Shown one piece after another: positions 1 through 10,115 of a stretch of DNA of 64,000 nt. Each line of letters begins with the position of its first letter. Within the stretch, counting starts at the first letter, position 1. Source of the stretch: Minisyncoccota bacterium (GTDB lineage: Bacteria; Patescibacteriota; Minisyncoccia; Phycocordibacterales; Phycocordibacteraceae); assembly GCA_022842945.1 (NCBI GenBank), contig JALHOO010000001.1, forward strand, positions 24,847 through 88,846, written 5' to 3'. A model generated the notes under the pieces. The model did not search any database. It was not told the DNA's origin and saw only the letters and a list, made by a program, of their open reading frames with translations. The translations under genes and the position numbers were made by a program.

Positions 1-914
1 CGGGACGGGACGCTGACGCTTTCTTGGCGCTTGATCCGGTATCAACAGGATTGCCAACACTTATCGCAAGCAAGCTTCTAAGGAAACCCTTCTTTGTGAA
101 AGTGGTGGGGGACTACGCGTGGGAGCAGGGCACACAACGGTATGGGGTACGGTTGCTCCTTGATGAGTTTGTGCGCACGCATCATGTGCCAACCATGGTG
201 TCCTTCTTTAGAAAGGTGCAGACATATGTTGCATCGTCTGCTACCAAGGTTATTGTCCCAAGCGAATACTTGAAGGGTATCGTCTGTGCGTGGGGCGTAC
301 CGAGCGAGCAGATTTCTGTGGTGTACAACGCAATGCAGACGGAAGAACCCGGCACGCTTCCATTGTCTGTTAATGCCGCTACGCGTCCGCGCGTGGTCTC
401 TGTGGGACGCCTGGTTCCGTGGAAAGGGATGCCTGGGATTATTGACGCGGTTGTTGTGGCGCGTGAGACCCTTCCTGAGGTAACCCTTTCAATCGCGGGA
501 GACGGTCCAGATCGGGACAAGCTCGAGCGGTTTATGCATGCAAGGCTCGGTACGTCAGGAATGATGCTCGGACCTCTTTCGCACGCTGATACGCTCGCGC
601 TTATACAGGATGCGGATGTGTTCATTCTGAACTCAACCTACGAGGGTCTCTCGCATCTTCTTATAGAAGCACTTGCGCAAGGTACGGCCATAATCGCTAC
701 AGACGTGGGTGGAAACCCTGAGCTTATCGAGGACGGGAAGAACGGTCTCTTGGTGCCGCAAGGGGACCGTACCGCACTCTCTGAAGCACTGCTACATCTT
801 TTGAAGACTCCCCTACACCGAGAGAAGCTTGGGAGTCGGGCGCGTGAGTCGGCGAAGCGGTTTAGCACGTCAGTTATGGCGAAGGCTACTGCGGATATAC
901 TTACGGCCGTATGA
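1..914 (+). CDS. Glycosyltransferase family 4/1, 5'-truncated at window edge (the track ORF begins at 24 but the reading frame is open to position 1)
   Basis: The C-terminal GT-B domain has the E-x7-E region (VFILNSTYEGLSHLLIEALAQG...GGNPELIEDGKNGLLVP). The length is too short for a full GT4, so the gene probably starts upstream of the window. Confidence 0.7.
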   Translation, partial: GRDADAFLALDPVSTGLPTLIASKLLRKPFFVKVVGDYAWEQGTQRYGVRLLLDEFVRTHHVPTMVSFFRKVQTYVASSATKVIVPSEYLKGIVCAWGVPSEQISVVYNAMQTEEPGTLPLSVNAATRPRVVSVGRLVPWKGMPGIIDAVVVARETLPEVTLSIAGDGPDRDKLERFMHARLGTSGMMLGPLSHADTLALIQDADVFILNSTYEGLSHLLIEALAQGTAIIATDVGGNPELIEDGKNGLLVPQGDRTALSEALLHLLKTPLHREKLGSRARESAKRFSTSVMAKATADILTAV

Positions 915-2038
915 AAGTCCTCCTCATAACAGATGACCCAACAGTGCTAGACCTTGGAAGCTCAGGTCACACCCGTGCAAAGGAGAATGCGGTTGCGATA
1001 GGGGAGCTGCACGTACTCATTAGTACAGGAAAGACAGAAACACGAGACGAAGGCAGTCTTAGAATTCATACCGTTAAAAAGGGTCTGTTTTCAAAGTATG
1101 CACACCTCAGAAGCGCAGCGCGCACGATAGTAGAGACACACGGTATTCAGGCTATATGGTCTCAGGATCCATTTGAGCTTGGCGATATAGCATCGAAGGT
1201 TGCACACAGATTCTCGCTCCCGTTGTACGTAAACGTGTATACAGACTTTATGTCCCCGTGGTACTCCACGCGTACCGGCATGCTGCGCTCGTCAAAAGTA
1301 GGTGTGCCGAAAGGTAACGCGCGCAGGCTTCGTCTTGCGCATAGCGTGCTTCCAAAGGCAAACGGCATTCGTGTTATGTCTGGGCGGGTTAAGGATGCGC
1401 TTATAAAGAAATACGGTGCCACCATCAAGGAACCTGAGGTTATCCCGGTGTCGGTGAGCATGAGTCCTCCGGAAGCTACGTCCCTTCCGTTTTCTTTCCC
1501 GTTTTCGCTCATTGCTGCTGGACGCCTTGATGCAGGGCGCCGGGTTATCGATATCATCGATGCGCTTGCTCTCATTAAAGACCGGTATCCAGGTGTGGGT
1601 CTGTTTGTTGTTGGGGATGGGCCTGAGCGTGCACGCCTTGAACGCCATGCCGCTCACAAGAAACTCACAGAGCGGGTTATCTTCCTCGGGGACCGCAGAG
1701 ACACCTGGGGACTTATACGGTGCGCGAATGTGTTTATTCAGGCGAGTGCGCATGAGGGTTATGGACGACGAATCCTTCAGGCGGCACTCGCACGCGTCCC
1801 TATCATTACAACCGATGTGGGTATTGTGGGAGAGGTGTTCAAGGGATATGACGATGTCCTGGCCATGCCTCCAGGAGACCCTTCTGCACTCTCGGTACAC
1901 ATCGCGGGCCTTATGGAGGACGGACAATCCAGGCAGCTTCTTGCGATGAATGCTGAAGCTTCCGCAAAGCGCTTCCTGCAGGAGGCGGGGAATGTTCCGG
2001 AGCGTCTTGCGAAGTTTCTCTCGACTACTTCAGTATGA
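911..2038 (+). CDS. Glycosyltransferase family 1 (GT-B fold)
   Basis: Motifs FVVGDGPERARLE...ASAHEGYGRRILQAALARVPIITTDVG. The ATGA start overlaps the upstream stop. Confidence 0.8.
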   Translation: MKVLLITDDPTVLDLGSSGHTRAKENAVAIGELHVLISTGKTETRDEGSLRIHTVKKGLFSKYAHLRSAARTIVETHGIQAIWSQDPFELGDIASKVAHRFSLPLYVNVYTDFMSPWYSTRTGMLRSSKVGVPKGNARRLRLAHSVLPKANGIRVMSGRVKDALIKKYGATIKEPEVIPVSVSMSPPEATSLPFSFPFSLIAAGRLDAGRRVIDIIDALALIKDRYPGVGLFVVGDGPERARLERHAAHKKLTERVIFLGDRRDTWGLIRCANVFIQASAHEGYGRRILQAALARVPIITTDVGIVGEVFKGYDDVLAMPPGDPSALSVHIAGLMEDGQSRQLLAMNAEASAKRFLQEAGNVPERLAKFLSTTSV

Positions 2039-3168
2039 ACATCCTAATGGTTTCACTCGACCGTAAGGTCTTTATAGAAGGAGATCCTACGCGCCTACGT
2101 CTTGCGGGGTACGGCAGAGTTTTCAACGAGCTGCACATCATTGTCTATACGAAGAAGAATCTCGGTTTTGTAGACACTAAGATTGCAGACAACGTATGGC
2201 TGTATCCAACGAATTCTTCGAGTCGCTTTGTATATGTCACTGATGCAATACGTATCGCACGGAAACTCTTCAAAGGAAGAAAGCAAGGAATCTCTCTTGT
2301 GTCTGGACAAGATCTAGCAGAGACAGGGTATGCGGCCTGGCGTATCGCACGCATGTTGAAGACGCCGCTCCAGCTGCAGGACCATGCAGGAGTATTCGAC
2401 CCCTATTTCATGAGTGAAAGTGTGGGAAATAAAGTTCGGGCATTCATAGCGAGCTTTCTTCTGCCGAAGGCCGATTGTGTTCGCGTTGTTCTTCCACAGG
2501 GCAAGGAAGATATTGTTGCTCGTTTCCCGCACCTTGAGGCACGAATAGCAGTACTACCGGTATATACGCCCATTGACCACTTTAGGGACACAAGCCCGGC
2601 ATTTTCTCTGCATGATAGGTACCCGCAGTTCTCCTCGATATTTCTTATGGCGTCGAGACTTGTTCCTGAGAAGGATATTGGTTTTGCATTACGAGCCTTT
2701 AAGGAGGCAGATATAGCCGAGAGCGGACTTATCATTGTTGGGGAAGGACCATGTAAAGAAGTACTTGCAGCGGAAGTCATTGAATTAGATCTTGAAGACC
2801 GCGTGGTCTTTGTTCCGTGGGAAAAGGACCTCGTCTCGTATTACAAAACAGCAGACGTATTCCTCCTATCCTCTACGCACGAGGGGTACTGCCGTACGCT
2901 TGTTGAAACTGTTGCCTCGGGACTACCGTTCGTATCGACTGATGTTGGTGTTGCACAGACACTCATCTCTGCGGGAGCAGACGGAATTCTTGTGTCGCGT
3001 GGCGATCATGTTGGATTTAGAGATGCCATGCGTTCCAAGGTCTTCCGACCTGTAGTTGCAACCAATAGTAGAGGACTTGATCTGATTCAGAAGATGACCG
3101 GAAAAAGCGAGGAGGAGTATCGGGCCCGCTATGCTGCAAGTCTCCAGGTCTGCGCAAAGATTGTATAA
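2035..3168 (+). CDS. Glycosyltransferase family 1
   Basis: Motifs IVGEGPCKEVL...LSSTHEGYCRTLVETVASGLPFVSTDVG. The ATGA overlaps the upstream gene. Confidence 0.8.
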   Translation: MNILMVSLDRKVFIEGDPTRLRLAGYGRVFNELHIIVYTKKNLGFVDTKIADNVWLYPTNSSSRFVYVTDAIRIARKLFKGRKQGISLVSGQDLAETGYAAWRIARMLKTPLQLQDHAGVFDPYFMSESVGNKVRAFIASFLLPKADCVRVVLPQGKEDIVARFPHLEARIAVLPVYTPIDHFRDTSPAFSLHDRYPQFSSIFLMASRLVPEKDIGFALRAFKEADIAESGLIIVGEGPCKEVLAAEVIELDLEDRVVFVPWEKDLVSYYKTADVFLLSSTHEGYCRTLVETVASGLPFVSTDVGVAQTLISAGADGILVSRGDHVGFRDAMRSKVFRPVVATNSRGLDLIQKMTGKSEEEYRARYAASLQVCAKIV

Positions 3169-3176
3169 ATGCTTGT

Positions 3177-4223
3177 ATGAGACTCCTTGTTATTACTCAG
3201 GCACTCGACCTCGATGATCCAGTTCTCAGTGTTTATCATGACTGGGTAGCAGCACTCGCTAGTGTCTCGCAGAGTGTTGAGGCAGTGTGCCTTAAGGAGG
3301 GAAGGCGCGCATTGCCGGAGAACGTAACCGTGCACTCTCTGGGGAAGGAGACAGGACCGAAGTCACGTCTTGGGTATGCATGGAAATTCCTTGCTCTCGT
3401 GTGGAATAGACGCAGTCAATATGACGCGGTGTTCGTGCACATGAATCAGGAGTACGTGCTCCTGGCAGGACCTCTCTGGAGGCTTCTCGGGAAGAAGGTG
3501 TATCTCTGGCGCAACCATTACGCGGGGTCCTTGCTCACGGACCTCGCCGTGTTCTGGTGCACGGCAGTGTTCTGTACCTCGAAGCGCTCATATACGGCGA
3601 AGTATGCAAAGACTGTGCGCATGCCCGTAGGTGTGAACACGGATCGCTTCGTACAAGAGGCTGGCGAGCGTGTTCCGCGATCTCTCTTGTTATTCTCTCG
3701 CATCGCACCATCGAAGCATGTGGATCTCTTTGTTGAAGCACTTGGCCTGCTCAAGGAGAGAGGAGTAGTGTTCGTAGCTTCTATAGTCGGATCTGCTCCG
3801 CCAGAGTTCGAAGCATATGCTGCAGAAGTGAAAGAGCGTTCGAGTGAGCTCGGGCTCTCAGAGCAGCTCAGATTCTTGCCCGGCGTACTGAACGAGGATG
3901 CGCCACTGGTATACCGTCTGCACGAGATATACGTCAACTGCTCTCCGTCTGGCATGCTCGACAAGATGATTTTCGAGGCAGCAGCGTCCGGATGCCTTCT
4001 CCTAACAGAGAGCGAGGACATGCAGAGCTTCGGTTTCGAGGACGTTACGTATGACGCAGGGGATGTAGAGTCTCTTGCCAACCACATGGAGCATTTACTT
4101 AATTGCACTGACGAAGAGCGTGCTGCACTACGTGTACGGTTCGAGGCACTAGTTAAAGCACATAGCCTTACAGGCCTCGCACGAACTATTGTGGCGCACA
4201 TGGAATCAGCGGGCTCGCGGTAG
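3177..4223 (+). CDS. Glycosyltransferase family 1
   Basis: The C-terminal GT-B domain is present (KMIFEAAASGCLLL...). It lies in the glycan cluster. Confidence 0.7.
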   Translation: MRLLVITQALDLDDPVLSVYHDWVAALASVSQSVEAVCLKEGRRALPENVTVHSLGKETGPKSRLGYAWKFLALVWNRRSQYDAVFVHMNQEYVLLAGPLWRLLGKKVYLWRNHYAGSLLTDLAVFWCTAVFCTSKRSYTAKYAKTVRMPVGVNTDRFVQEAGERVPRSLLLFSRIAPSKHVDLFVEALGLLKERGVVFVASIVGSAPPEFEAYAAEVKERSSELGLSEQLRFLPGVLNEDAPLVYRLHEIYVNCSPSGMLDKMIFEAAASGCLLLTESEDMQSFGFEDVTYDAGDVESLANHMEHLLNCTDEERAALRVRFEALVKAHSLTGLARTIVAHMESAGSR

Positions 4224-4235
4224 AATCAAGGACAC

Positions 4236-4682
4236 ATGAGGTACTATCTTGATTTTGAGGGAACGTGCTTCGATTCAGATGCTTTTTCGGCGTACATGGC
4301 TGGAAAGACTGAAGACGATTTAATACCAGGAGAACTCTCACAATTCCTGTATCCCGATGCTGCCCAGTTTCTTCGTGATAAGGAGAACGCTGTAACCATC
4401 ATAACTACAGGCAGTCGCGCTACGCACGAGGCAAAGACTAAAAGTGCTCTCCATGGCATTCCACGTATGTCGGTTATGTATACGGATGGTGTAGCGAAAG
4501 GTCAGTATCTTGCTCCTCATACCCATCTCCATGTTGATGCGGTACTTGCAGACGATTCCGTTGAGGAGCTTGAGGTGCTCGCTAAAGAGTGCCCACAGCT
4601 AGGTCTGTACGAGATGCGCAGAGGCAATAGGGAAGGGGATGGTTCCTGGCCGGTTATACGCTCGCTCGCTGAGTTGCCGTAA
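4236..4682 (+). CDS. Hypothetical protein, possibly a HAD-like phosphatase
   Basis: Loose HAD motif pattern: LDFEGT (motif I-like), ITTGS, a Lys, and LADDSVEE. Assignment is weak. Confidence 0.35.
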   Translation: MRYYLDFEGTCFDSDAFSAYMAGKTEDDLIPGELSQFLYPDAAQFLRDKENAVTIITTGSRATHEAKTKSALHGIPRMSVMYTDGVAKGQYLAPHTHLHVDAVLADDSVEELEVLAKECPQLGLYEMRRGNREGDGSWPVIRSLAELP

Positions 4683-4701
4683 TGTGAGAGAATATAGGCA
4701 C

Positions 4702-5358
4702 ATGGCTTCGACGCGCATATATCGGAATAAGGCAGAGCTCATACGCTCTTCGGCGGGGCCTGAGGACACTGTTCTTGATGTGGGGTTCCTCGGACAAGGC
4801 ATACGACTTGGGGAGGAGAACTGGCCCCATGGCCTTATGCAGAAGCAAGCAAAGGAAGTGTTCGGTCTCGATCTAGAGATAGATAGGAACGCATTCCCTG
4901 ACACACGCCACTATGTTCAAGCGAGCGCTGAAGACTTCTCATTTACTGATACAAAGTTCGATCTCGTGTTTGCGGGCGACCTTATAGAACACCTTCCGAA
5001 TCCTGGACTCTTTCTCGCAAGTGTTAAAGAACACCTTACAGCCAACGGACGGTTGATACTCACAACACCGAACGCATTCAATCTGTTCAACCTAACAGAG
5101 AAACTTTCTAAGGAAGAGCCTACGGTTAATGCAGACCATACCTGCTATTTCAATTCAAAAACTCTGCGCGTGCTTCTCTCTAAGTGTGGGTTCGAGATTC
5201 AGGAGATAGGGTATGTGTACACCCTTGAATACGGACATCGCGAGAGTCTGAAGAAAAAGATTCTTAATGTGCTGTACCGAGTTCTTTCATGGTTTACTCC
5301 AAAGTTTCTCGAAACGCTTGTTGTTGTCGCGGTGCCTAAGCAAGCACATATCAACTAA
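4702..5358 (+). CDS. Class I SAM-dependent methyltransferase
   Basis: Motifs VLDVGFLGQG (motif I) and DLVFAGDLIEHLPNP...NGRLILTTPN. Start chosen at ATG 4702; the track ORF from 4639 overlaps the upstream gene. Confidence 0.7.
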   Translation: MASTRIYRNKAELIRSSAGPEDTVLDVGFLGQGIRLGEENWPHGLMQKQAKEVFGLDLEIDRNAFPDTRHYVQASAEDFSFTDTKFDLVFAGDLIEHLPNPGLFLASVKEHLTANGRLILTTPNAFNLFNLTEKLSKEEPTVNADHTCYFNSKTLRVLLSKCGFEIQEIGYVYTLEYGHRESLKKKILNVLYRVLSWFTPKFLETLVVVAVPKQAHIN

Positions 5359-5367
5359 CTCATCGAG

Positions 5368-6013
5368 CATGCCTACCCCTGTCCTTGAAAGTATTTACGC
5401 CTCGCACCATACCAAACGACGCGGAGACGGATTCGTGCTCTTGGGAGACCTCCGTGGCGGTTTTCTCAAAGAGCGCATCGGTAACGGGAAGAAGGTGCTC
5501 GATATTGGTTGTCGAGATGGTGCGCTGACGAGTTATTTTGCAGAGAATAACGATGTGCTTGGTATAGATATAGATTCAGCAGCACTAACTCGCGCCGCGG
5601 AAGACTATGGCATCCAAACAAGCCAGATTGATTTAAATGGCGACTGGAACCTTCCGCACGCAGCCTATGACGTGGTTGTGGCAGCTGAGGTTGTGGAGCA
5701 TCTGTATTATCCCGAAACGGTTTTTAAAAAGGTGCATGACGTATTAAAGCCAGGGGGCATGTTCCTCGGTACGGTTCCAAATGCGTTCTCGCTTATACAT
5801 CGCGTCAGGTACCTTATAAAAAGAAAGCGCAGCACGCCCCTCATGGATCCGACGCACATAAACCACTTCGTGGTGCGCGAACTTGAAGAAATGTTGGAAA
5901 AGCAATTCACAGACGTGCGTATCCATGGTCTTGGAAGGTACGGTACGCTTGCGCGGTTGTTTCCTCAGATGTTTGCATATGATCTTGCGTTTGAAGGACG
6001 GAAGAAGTTGTAG
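5368..6013 (+). CDS. Class I SAM-dependent methyltransferase
   Basis: Motifs VLDIGCRDGALT...DVVVAAEVVEHLYYP...LKPGGMFLGTVPN. Start at ATG 5368, after the upstream stop at 5358. Confidence 0.7.
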
Positions 6014-6024
6014 GAGGTATCTGT

Positions 6025-7053
6025 ATGGCGAGCCGGTATTTATATCTGTACGGGGGAGCGATTGGTGATGCGCTGGTCGGTATTCATACTGGCCGACTTC
6101 TAGCTGAGAATATCCCGAGCGCACGTCTCGAACTGATCTCCACTCGACACAATGTCTTTGTGAAAGAGATGGTGGCAAACCTACCGTTCATTGAGTATCG
6201 AGAACTTGATAAGAAGGATTTTGCTGCATGGTTGATACTCCCACGGTACCTCTTTCGATCGTACGCTTCAGTGGCATACGATCCGGTAACATCAGCGGTG
6301 CCATTGTGGTGGCGTCTCATACTATGGTGCGCTCGTCAGGGGAGAGGCGTGCAAGTTCGGTACCAGCGCATAGGACATGAGTCCCCACTGCCGAAAGGAG
6401 TACAGAGACGTACGTACGACTGTCAGAAGGAGAGCTTCTTTACGGATACTCCGTTGAAGATTCTTGCCTCGTGGGGTGTACCGCTTGAGCATGTCACGTT
6501 ACCTTCGTTACCCAGACGATCTTCTCCTGAAGGAAAGCCCTATATTCTGTTTCATTTCTTTGCCGCAAACTATAGTAGGAGTATCCCCACTGATCATGCG
6601 CGCTCCATTCTTCTGGCAGCTCGCACGCAGTTTCCAAACCATCTATTTATCCTGACGTGCGCCGAAAACGAAAGGGCCCGGGCAGAGAGAATGATCGAAG
6701 GGGTTTCTGGAACACGCATTGAGGAGAATCTTCCAGCAACAGAAGTAATCGCACTTCTTTCGGGCGCAGACATTGTTGTGGGAACCTCCTCAGGCATCAT
6801 CTTTATGGCAGTACACCTTGGTGTGTCGGTGGTTGCGATGTCCTGTCTTGTTGATCCGTGTTTCTTGCCGACGTATAGCACCACTACGACTATTCTTGCC
6901 GCACGAGACGAGTGTTGGTGTAATAGTGATAAGACAGGAGGGTGTGTTGAGGAGACGCCAGAGGGCGAAGTGTTTCGATGTCTCTATTACATACCAACAG
7001 AAGCTGTTGTAGAGGCGATGGTCGGTTTCTCCAATCGTTTAGTAAAGAATTAA
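6025..7053 (+). CDS. Glycosyltransferase family 9 (ADP-heptose:LPS heptosyltransferase-like)
   Basis: GT9 pattern: N-terminal GGAIGDAL, mid YILFHFFAANYSRSIP, C-terminal LLSGADIVVGTSSGIIFMAVHLG. Confidence 0.65.
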   Translation: MASRYLYLYGGAIGDALVGIHTGRLLAENIPSARLELISTRHNVFVKEMVANLPFIEYRELDKKDFAAWLILPRYLFRSYASVAYDPVTSAVPLWWRLILWCARQGRGVQVRYQRIGHESPLPKGVQRRTYDCQKESFFTDTPLKILASWGVPLEHVTLPSLPRRSSPEGKPYILFHFFAANYSRSIPTDHARSILLAARTQFPNHLFILTCAENERARAERMIEGVSGTRIEENLPATEVIALLSGADIVVGTSSGIIFMAVHLGVSVVAMSCLVDPCFLPTYSTTTTILAARDECWCNSDKTGGCVEETPEGEVFRCLYYIPTEAVVEAMVGFSNRLVKN

Positions 7054-7073
7054 CTGTTCGCCACTCTTCAATT

Positions 7074-8099
7074 ATGAGGATAAGGAAAGCACTCGTATTC
7101 AAAGCATCATCAATCGGTGATGCGCTTATGGCAAAGCACCTTCTCGAGAATGTACACGCAGCGTATCCAGAAGCACGCTGCGGTCTCTTAGTTGCAGGCA
7201 GAGGTGCCATGGTGCGCAGCCTCCTTGCTTCGTATCCGTGGATTGAGGTTCTTGAGGTGAATCGGAGGAATCCTGCGGCATTGTGGAAGTTATGGCGAAC
7301 ATATCAAGGAAGTGATCTGGTGGTTACCTCGTACGTTAAGCCCGGAGGACGCTTCGGTTTCTTTAGTAAGGTAGCTGCACGAATATTGGCACGACCTGGA
7401 TGCCTTTTTGGATTTACGGATGCGTCATGGTGGAACAGGTACGTGTATGATCATCTTCTCGAATCCAGCATGGTTCGCGCTCCACGTTTGCTTGAGGAAG
7501 ATGTTCTTAGAGTCGCAGGCATATCTATAGCGCATGAGTCGATGACGCTAAATTACCTGCCTCAACCAAAACTTCTCTCGAGACTCGAGCTAGAAGGGGC
7601 GCCGTATGTGGCAGTTCATCTCTTCGCTGGCTCTGACGGAAGAGCTATGTCGCAGAGTAAGCGTCAGGCATTGCTCGACGCTCTGTTCGCTGAGCTTCCC
7701 GGCATGACCTTCGTCCTAACCGGCACTACGTCTGAACGCCCATTCCTCGAGGAACTTACTCTTCCTGAGCGCGCCCGCATTGTCGCAGGGGATCTTACTG
7801 TGCAAGAGCTTGCGGCGCTTCTTGATGGAAGCACGTGTGTGGTTTCGGTGGGGACTGGCCCCTCCCACATGACGTCTCATCTCGGCAAGCCGCTTGTAGT
7901 TCTTGTGGTGTGTATCGGGATCCCGTGGTGTGGCAAGGAACAGTTTGGAGAAGCTGCGCCAGTGCAAATATTCTCTGATACGAGTGCTTGTGCATCAGGA
8001 CACCGGATGACAGAACAGTCCCCGGCGTGTATTGAGGGGATTGATGTCGGGAGCGTTGCTCGTGCTATGGCGACCTACGTCGAGGAGTGTTCTCGTTAG
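7074..8099 (+). CDS. Glycosyltransferase family 9 (heptosyltransferase-like), second paralog
   Basis: Motifs SSIGDALMAKHLL, YVAVHLFAGSDGRAMSQSKRQAL and LLDGSTCVVSVGTGPSHMTSHLGKPLVVL. Confidence 0.65.
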   Translation: MRIRKALVFKASSIGDALMAKHLLENVHAAYPEARCGLLVAGRGAMVRSLLASYPWIEVLEVNRRNPAALWKLWRTYQGSDLVVTSYVKPGGRFGFFSKVAARILARPGCLFGFTDASWWNRYVYDHLLESSMVRAPRLLEEDVLRVAGISIAHESMTLNYLPQPKLLSRLELEGAPYVAVHLFAGSDGRAMSQSKRQALLDALFAELPGMTFVLTGTTSERPFLEELTLPERARIVAGDLTVQELAALLDGSTCVVSVGTGPSHMTSHLGKPLVVLVVCIGIPWCGKEQFGEAAPVQIFSDTSACASGHRMTEQSPACIEGIDVGSVARAMATYVEECSR

Positions 8100-8133
8100 A
8101 CAGGACCCGGTTCTCCTATATAATCTGACTATT

Positions 8134-9165
8134 ATGAAGGCGGCTATTCTCCATACTATTGACGCTCCACTCGTCATTGCAGAGGTCGGTTTAACACCGC
8201 TTCAGGTGGGTCAGGTGCTCGTAAAGGTCCTGGTATCTGGTATTTGCGGCGCTCAGCTGCAGGAGATTGCAGGGAACAAAGGGAATGCTAAGTTCGTACC
8301 TCACCTCCTTGGACACGAGGGGTGCGGCATTGTTGAGGAAGTGGGACCGGGTGTTACTACGGTTCAAAAAGGAGACAAGGTGGTTATGCATTGGCGCCAG
8401 GGCGAAGGCATCGAATCACCGTTTCCGAAGTACGTGTACGAAGGAAAAGAAATATCTAGTGGAAGGGTAACTACCTTCAGTGAGTACGCGATTGTTTCTG
8501 AGAATCGGGTAACTACCGTGCCTTCAGATACACCCGTTGAGCTTGCGGCGCTTCTTGGTTGTGGACTCTCAACCGCGCTAGGTACTATCGAGAACGAAGC
8601 AAAGGCCCGCTTCGGGGAAAGTGTCATGATTATTGGTGTTGGGGGGCTTGGCGTAAACCTCATAACTGCGGCAAAGCTTGCAAGTGCGTACCCGATTATT
8701 GCGGTTGATATTCATGACAGTAAGAAGGAGCTCGCGCTTTCCATGGGTGCTCACATTTTTATAAACGCAAAGACCGAATCGATTGCTGATGTGCTTGCGG
8801 AGCATGGTCTCAAGAAAGTGGATGTAATTATTGACACTGCGGCTAACAAGAAAGGTACCGAGGCGGCCACCCCGCTTCTTTCTGGGACCGGTCGTTACAT
8901 TATGGTTGGTCAGCCAAAGCCTGGAGAGTCAATAGAACTCCTGGATGCGCATCATTTCTTCGAAGGCATCGGAAAGACCTTCTCGGCCACTCAAGGTGGG
9001 CGCTTTATGCCGCATGTCGATATCGCGCGCTACATCCGCCTTGCGAAAGGAAACATTCTCTCGACCGAAGGCATCATTACGCATCGTGTGAAGTTAGAAG
9101 ACGTGAATGAGGCTATTGAACTTGTGCGCAGTGGAGGAGCCAGTCGTATTCTTATAGAACTATGA
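8134..9165 (+). CDS. Zn-dependent alcohol/polyol dehydrogenase (MDR family)
   Basis: Motifs VSGICGAQLQEI, GHEGCGIVEEVGPGV and the Rossmann segment IIGVGGLGVN. The stop overlaps the downstream start (ATGA). Confidence 0.8.
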   Translation: MKAAILHTIDAPLVIAEVGLTPLQVGQVLVKVLVSGICGAQLQEIAGNKGNAKFVPHLLGHEGCGIVEEVGPGVTTVQKGDKVVMHWRQGEGIESPFPKYVYEGKEISSGRVTTFSEYAIVSENRVTTVPSDTPVELAALLGCGLSTALGTIENEAKARFGESVMIIGVGGLGVNLITAAKLASAYPIIAVDIHDSKKELALSMGAHIFINAKTESIADVLAEHGLKKVDVIIDTAANKKGTEAATPLLSGTGRYIMVGQPKPGESIELLDAHHFFEGIGKTFSATQGGRFMPHVDIARYIRLAKGNILSTEGIITHRVKLEDVNEAIELVRSGGASRILIEL

Positions 9166-10115
9166 GCACGAGACTAGATGCATTTCGTCGGATGACGCTT
9201 CTGCGTATTGCAGAAGAGGAAACCGCTAACCTCTACCTTCGTGACAAGATTATGAGCTTCGTACATTTTTATGTAGGACAGGAGGCTGTTGCTGTCGGGG
9301 TCTCAGACTCTCTTATGTCTAACGACCGCGCTATGGGGAACCATCGCTCGCATGGCCACTATCTCGCAAAGGGAGGTGATCTCCGTCGGATGCTCTGCGA
9401 ACTTCTTGGGAAGGCTGAAGGCTCGTCTCATGGAAAGGGAGGTTCTATGCATATGATTGATCGGTCTGCTGGCTTTACAGGGTCCACGCCGATACTCGGA
9501 AGTATCGTAGCTATTGCTGCAGGGTCAGCGTTCGAGCAGAAGCACAATGCTACTGGTGATGTAACCGTTGCGTACGTGGGTGACGGAGGTTCGGAAGAGG
9601 GAGGGGTATACGAGACGATGAATCTTGCCGCTCTTTTCAAACTTCCGCTCCTTATTGTGGTTGAGAATAATCTGTACTCGGTCAACTCAAAGCTGCTCGA
9701 CAGACGGTCGAAAGAGTACAGTGTGGAAGGGGTTGTGCGGAATCTCGGACTTGCGTATGCGAAAGCCGACGGCAACAACTACGACGACGTGCGCTCTAAG
9801 GCAACGGCTCTCCTTGAAGGAGTGCGCGCAGGAAAGCCTGCGGTGCTCGAGTGTCTCGCGTATCGACACATGGCGCACAGCGCGCCTATCTTTGACGACG
9901 CTCAGGGCTATAGGGAGGAGGATGTGCTTGAGCGTCGACTCGCTGAGGATTGTTTAAAGAAGATGAAAGCGCGTCTCCTTGAGGAGGGAAGTAGCGAGGA
10001 AGTGTTCAGTGATATCGAGAATGAGATACGCACGCACGTACTCGAGGAGATTGCGTACGCGGTTGCAGCACCCTATCCATCTCCTGAGACTCTCTATACA
10101 GACGTGTATGCATAA
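9162..10115 (+). CDS. TPP-dependent dehydrogenase E1 component, alpha subunit (pyruvate/acetoin dehydrogenase E1-alpha family)
   Basis: Motifs FYVGQEAVAVGV, HRSHGHYLAKGGD, GKGGSMHM and the TPP motif VGDGGSEEGGVYETMNLAALFKLPLLIVVENNLYS. Confidence 0.85.
   Translation: MSTRLDAFRRMTLLRIAEEETANLYLRDKIMSFVHFYVGQEAVAVGVSDSLMSNDRAMGNHRSHGHYLAKGGDLRRMLCELLGKAEGSSHGKGGSMHMIDRSAGFTGSTPILGSIVAIAAGSAFEQKHNATGDVTVAYVGDGGSEEGGVYETMNLAALFKLPLLIVVENNLYSVNSKLLDRRSKEYSVEGVVRNLGLAYAKADGNNYDDVRSKATALLEGVRAGKPAVLECLAYRHMAHSAPIFDDAQGYREEDVLERRLAEDCLKKMKARLLEEGSSEEVFSDIENEIRTHVLEEIAYAVAAPYPSPETLYTDVYA

Noticed and set aside
1292-4201. Long antisense ORFs (1292-1927, 3518-4201 and others) across the glycosyltransferase genes
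   Set aside because: They overlap well-supported GT-B coding frames and show no recognisable motifs. This applies equally to 10561-11211 over E1-beta, 23655-24389 over obg, 51439-51984, 60127-60657 over pheS, 61042-61551 over pheT and 63126-63770 over gyrB.
9979-10107. Track ORF start at 9979 for the E1-beta gene, 5' extension overlapping E1-alpha by 137 nt
   Set aside because: The extension has no homology. ATG 10108 gives the conserved E1-beta N-terminus (MHNEPRILKYTEAL..) and a classic ATGCATAA stop/start overlap.
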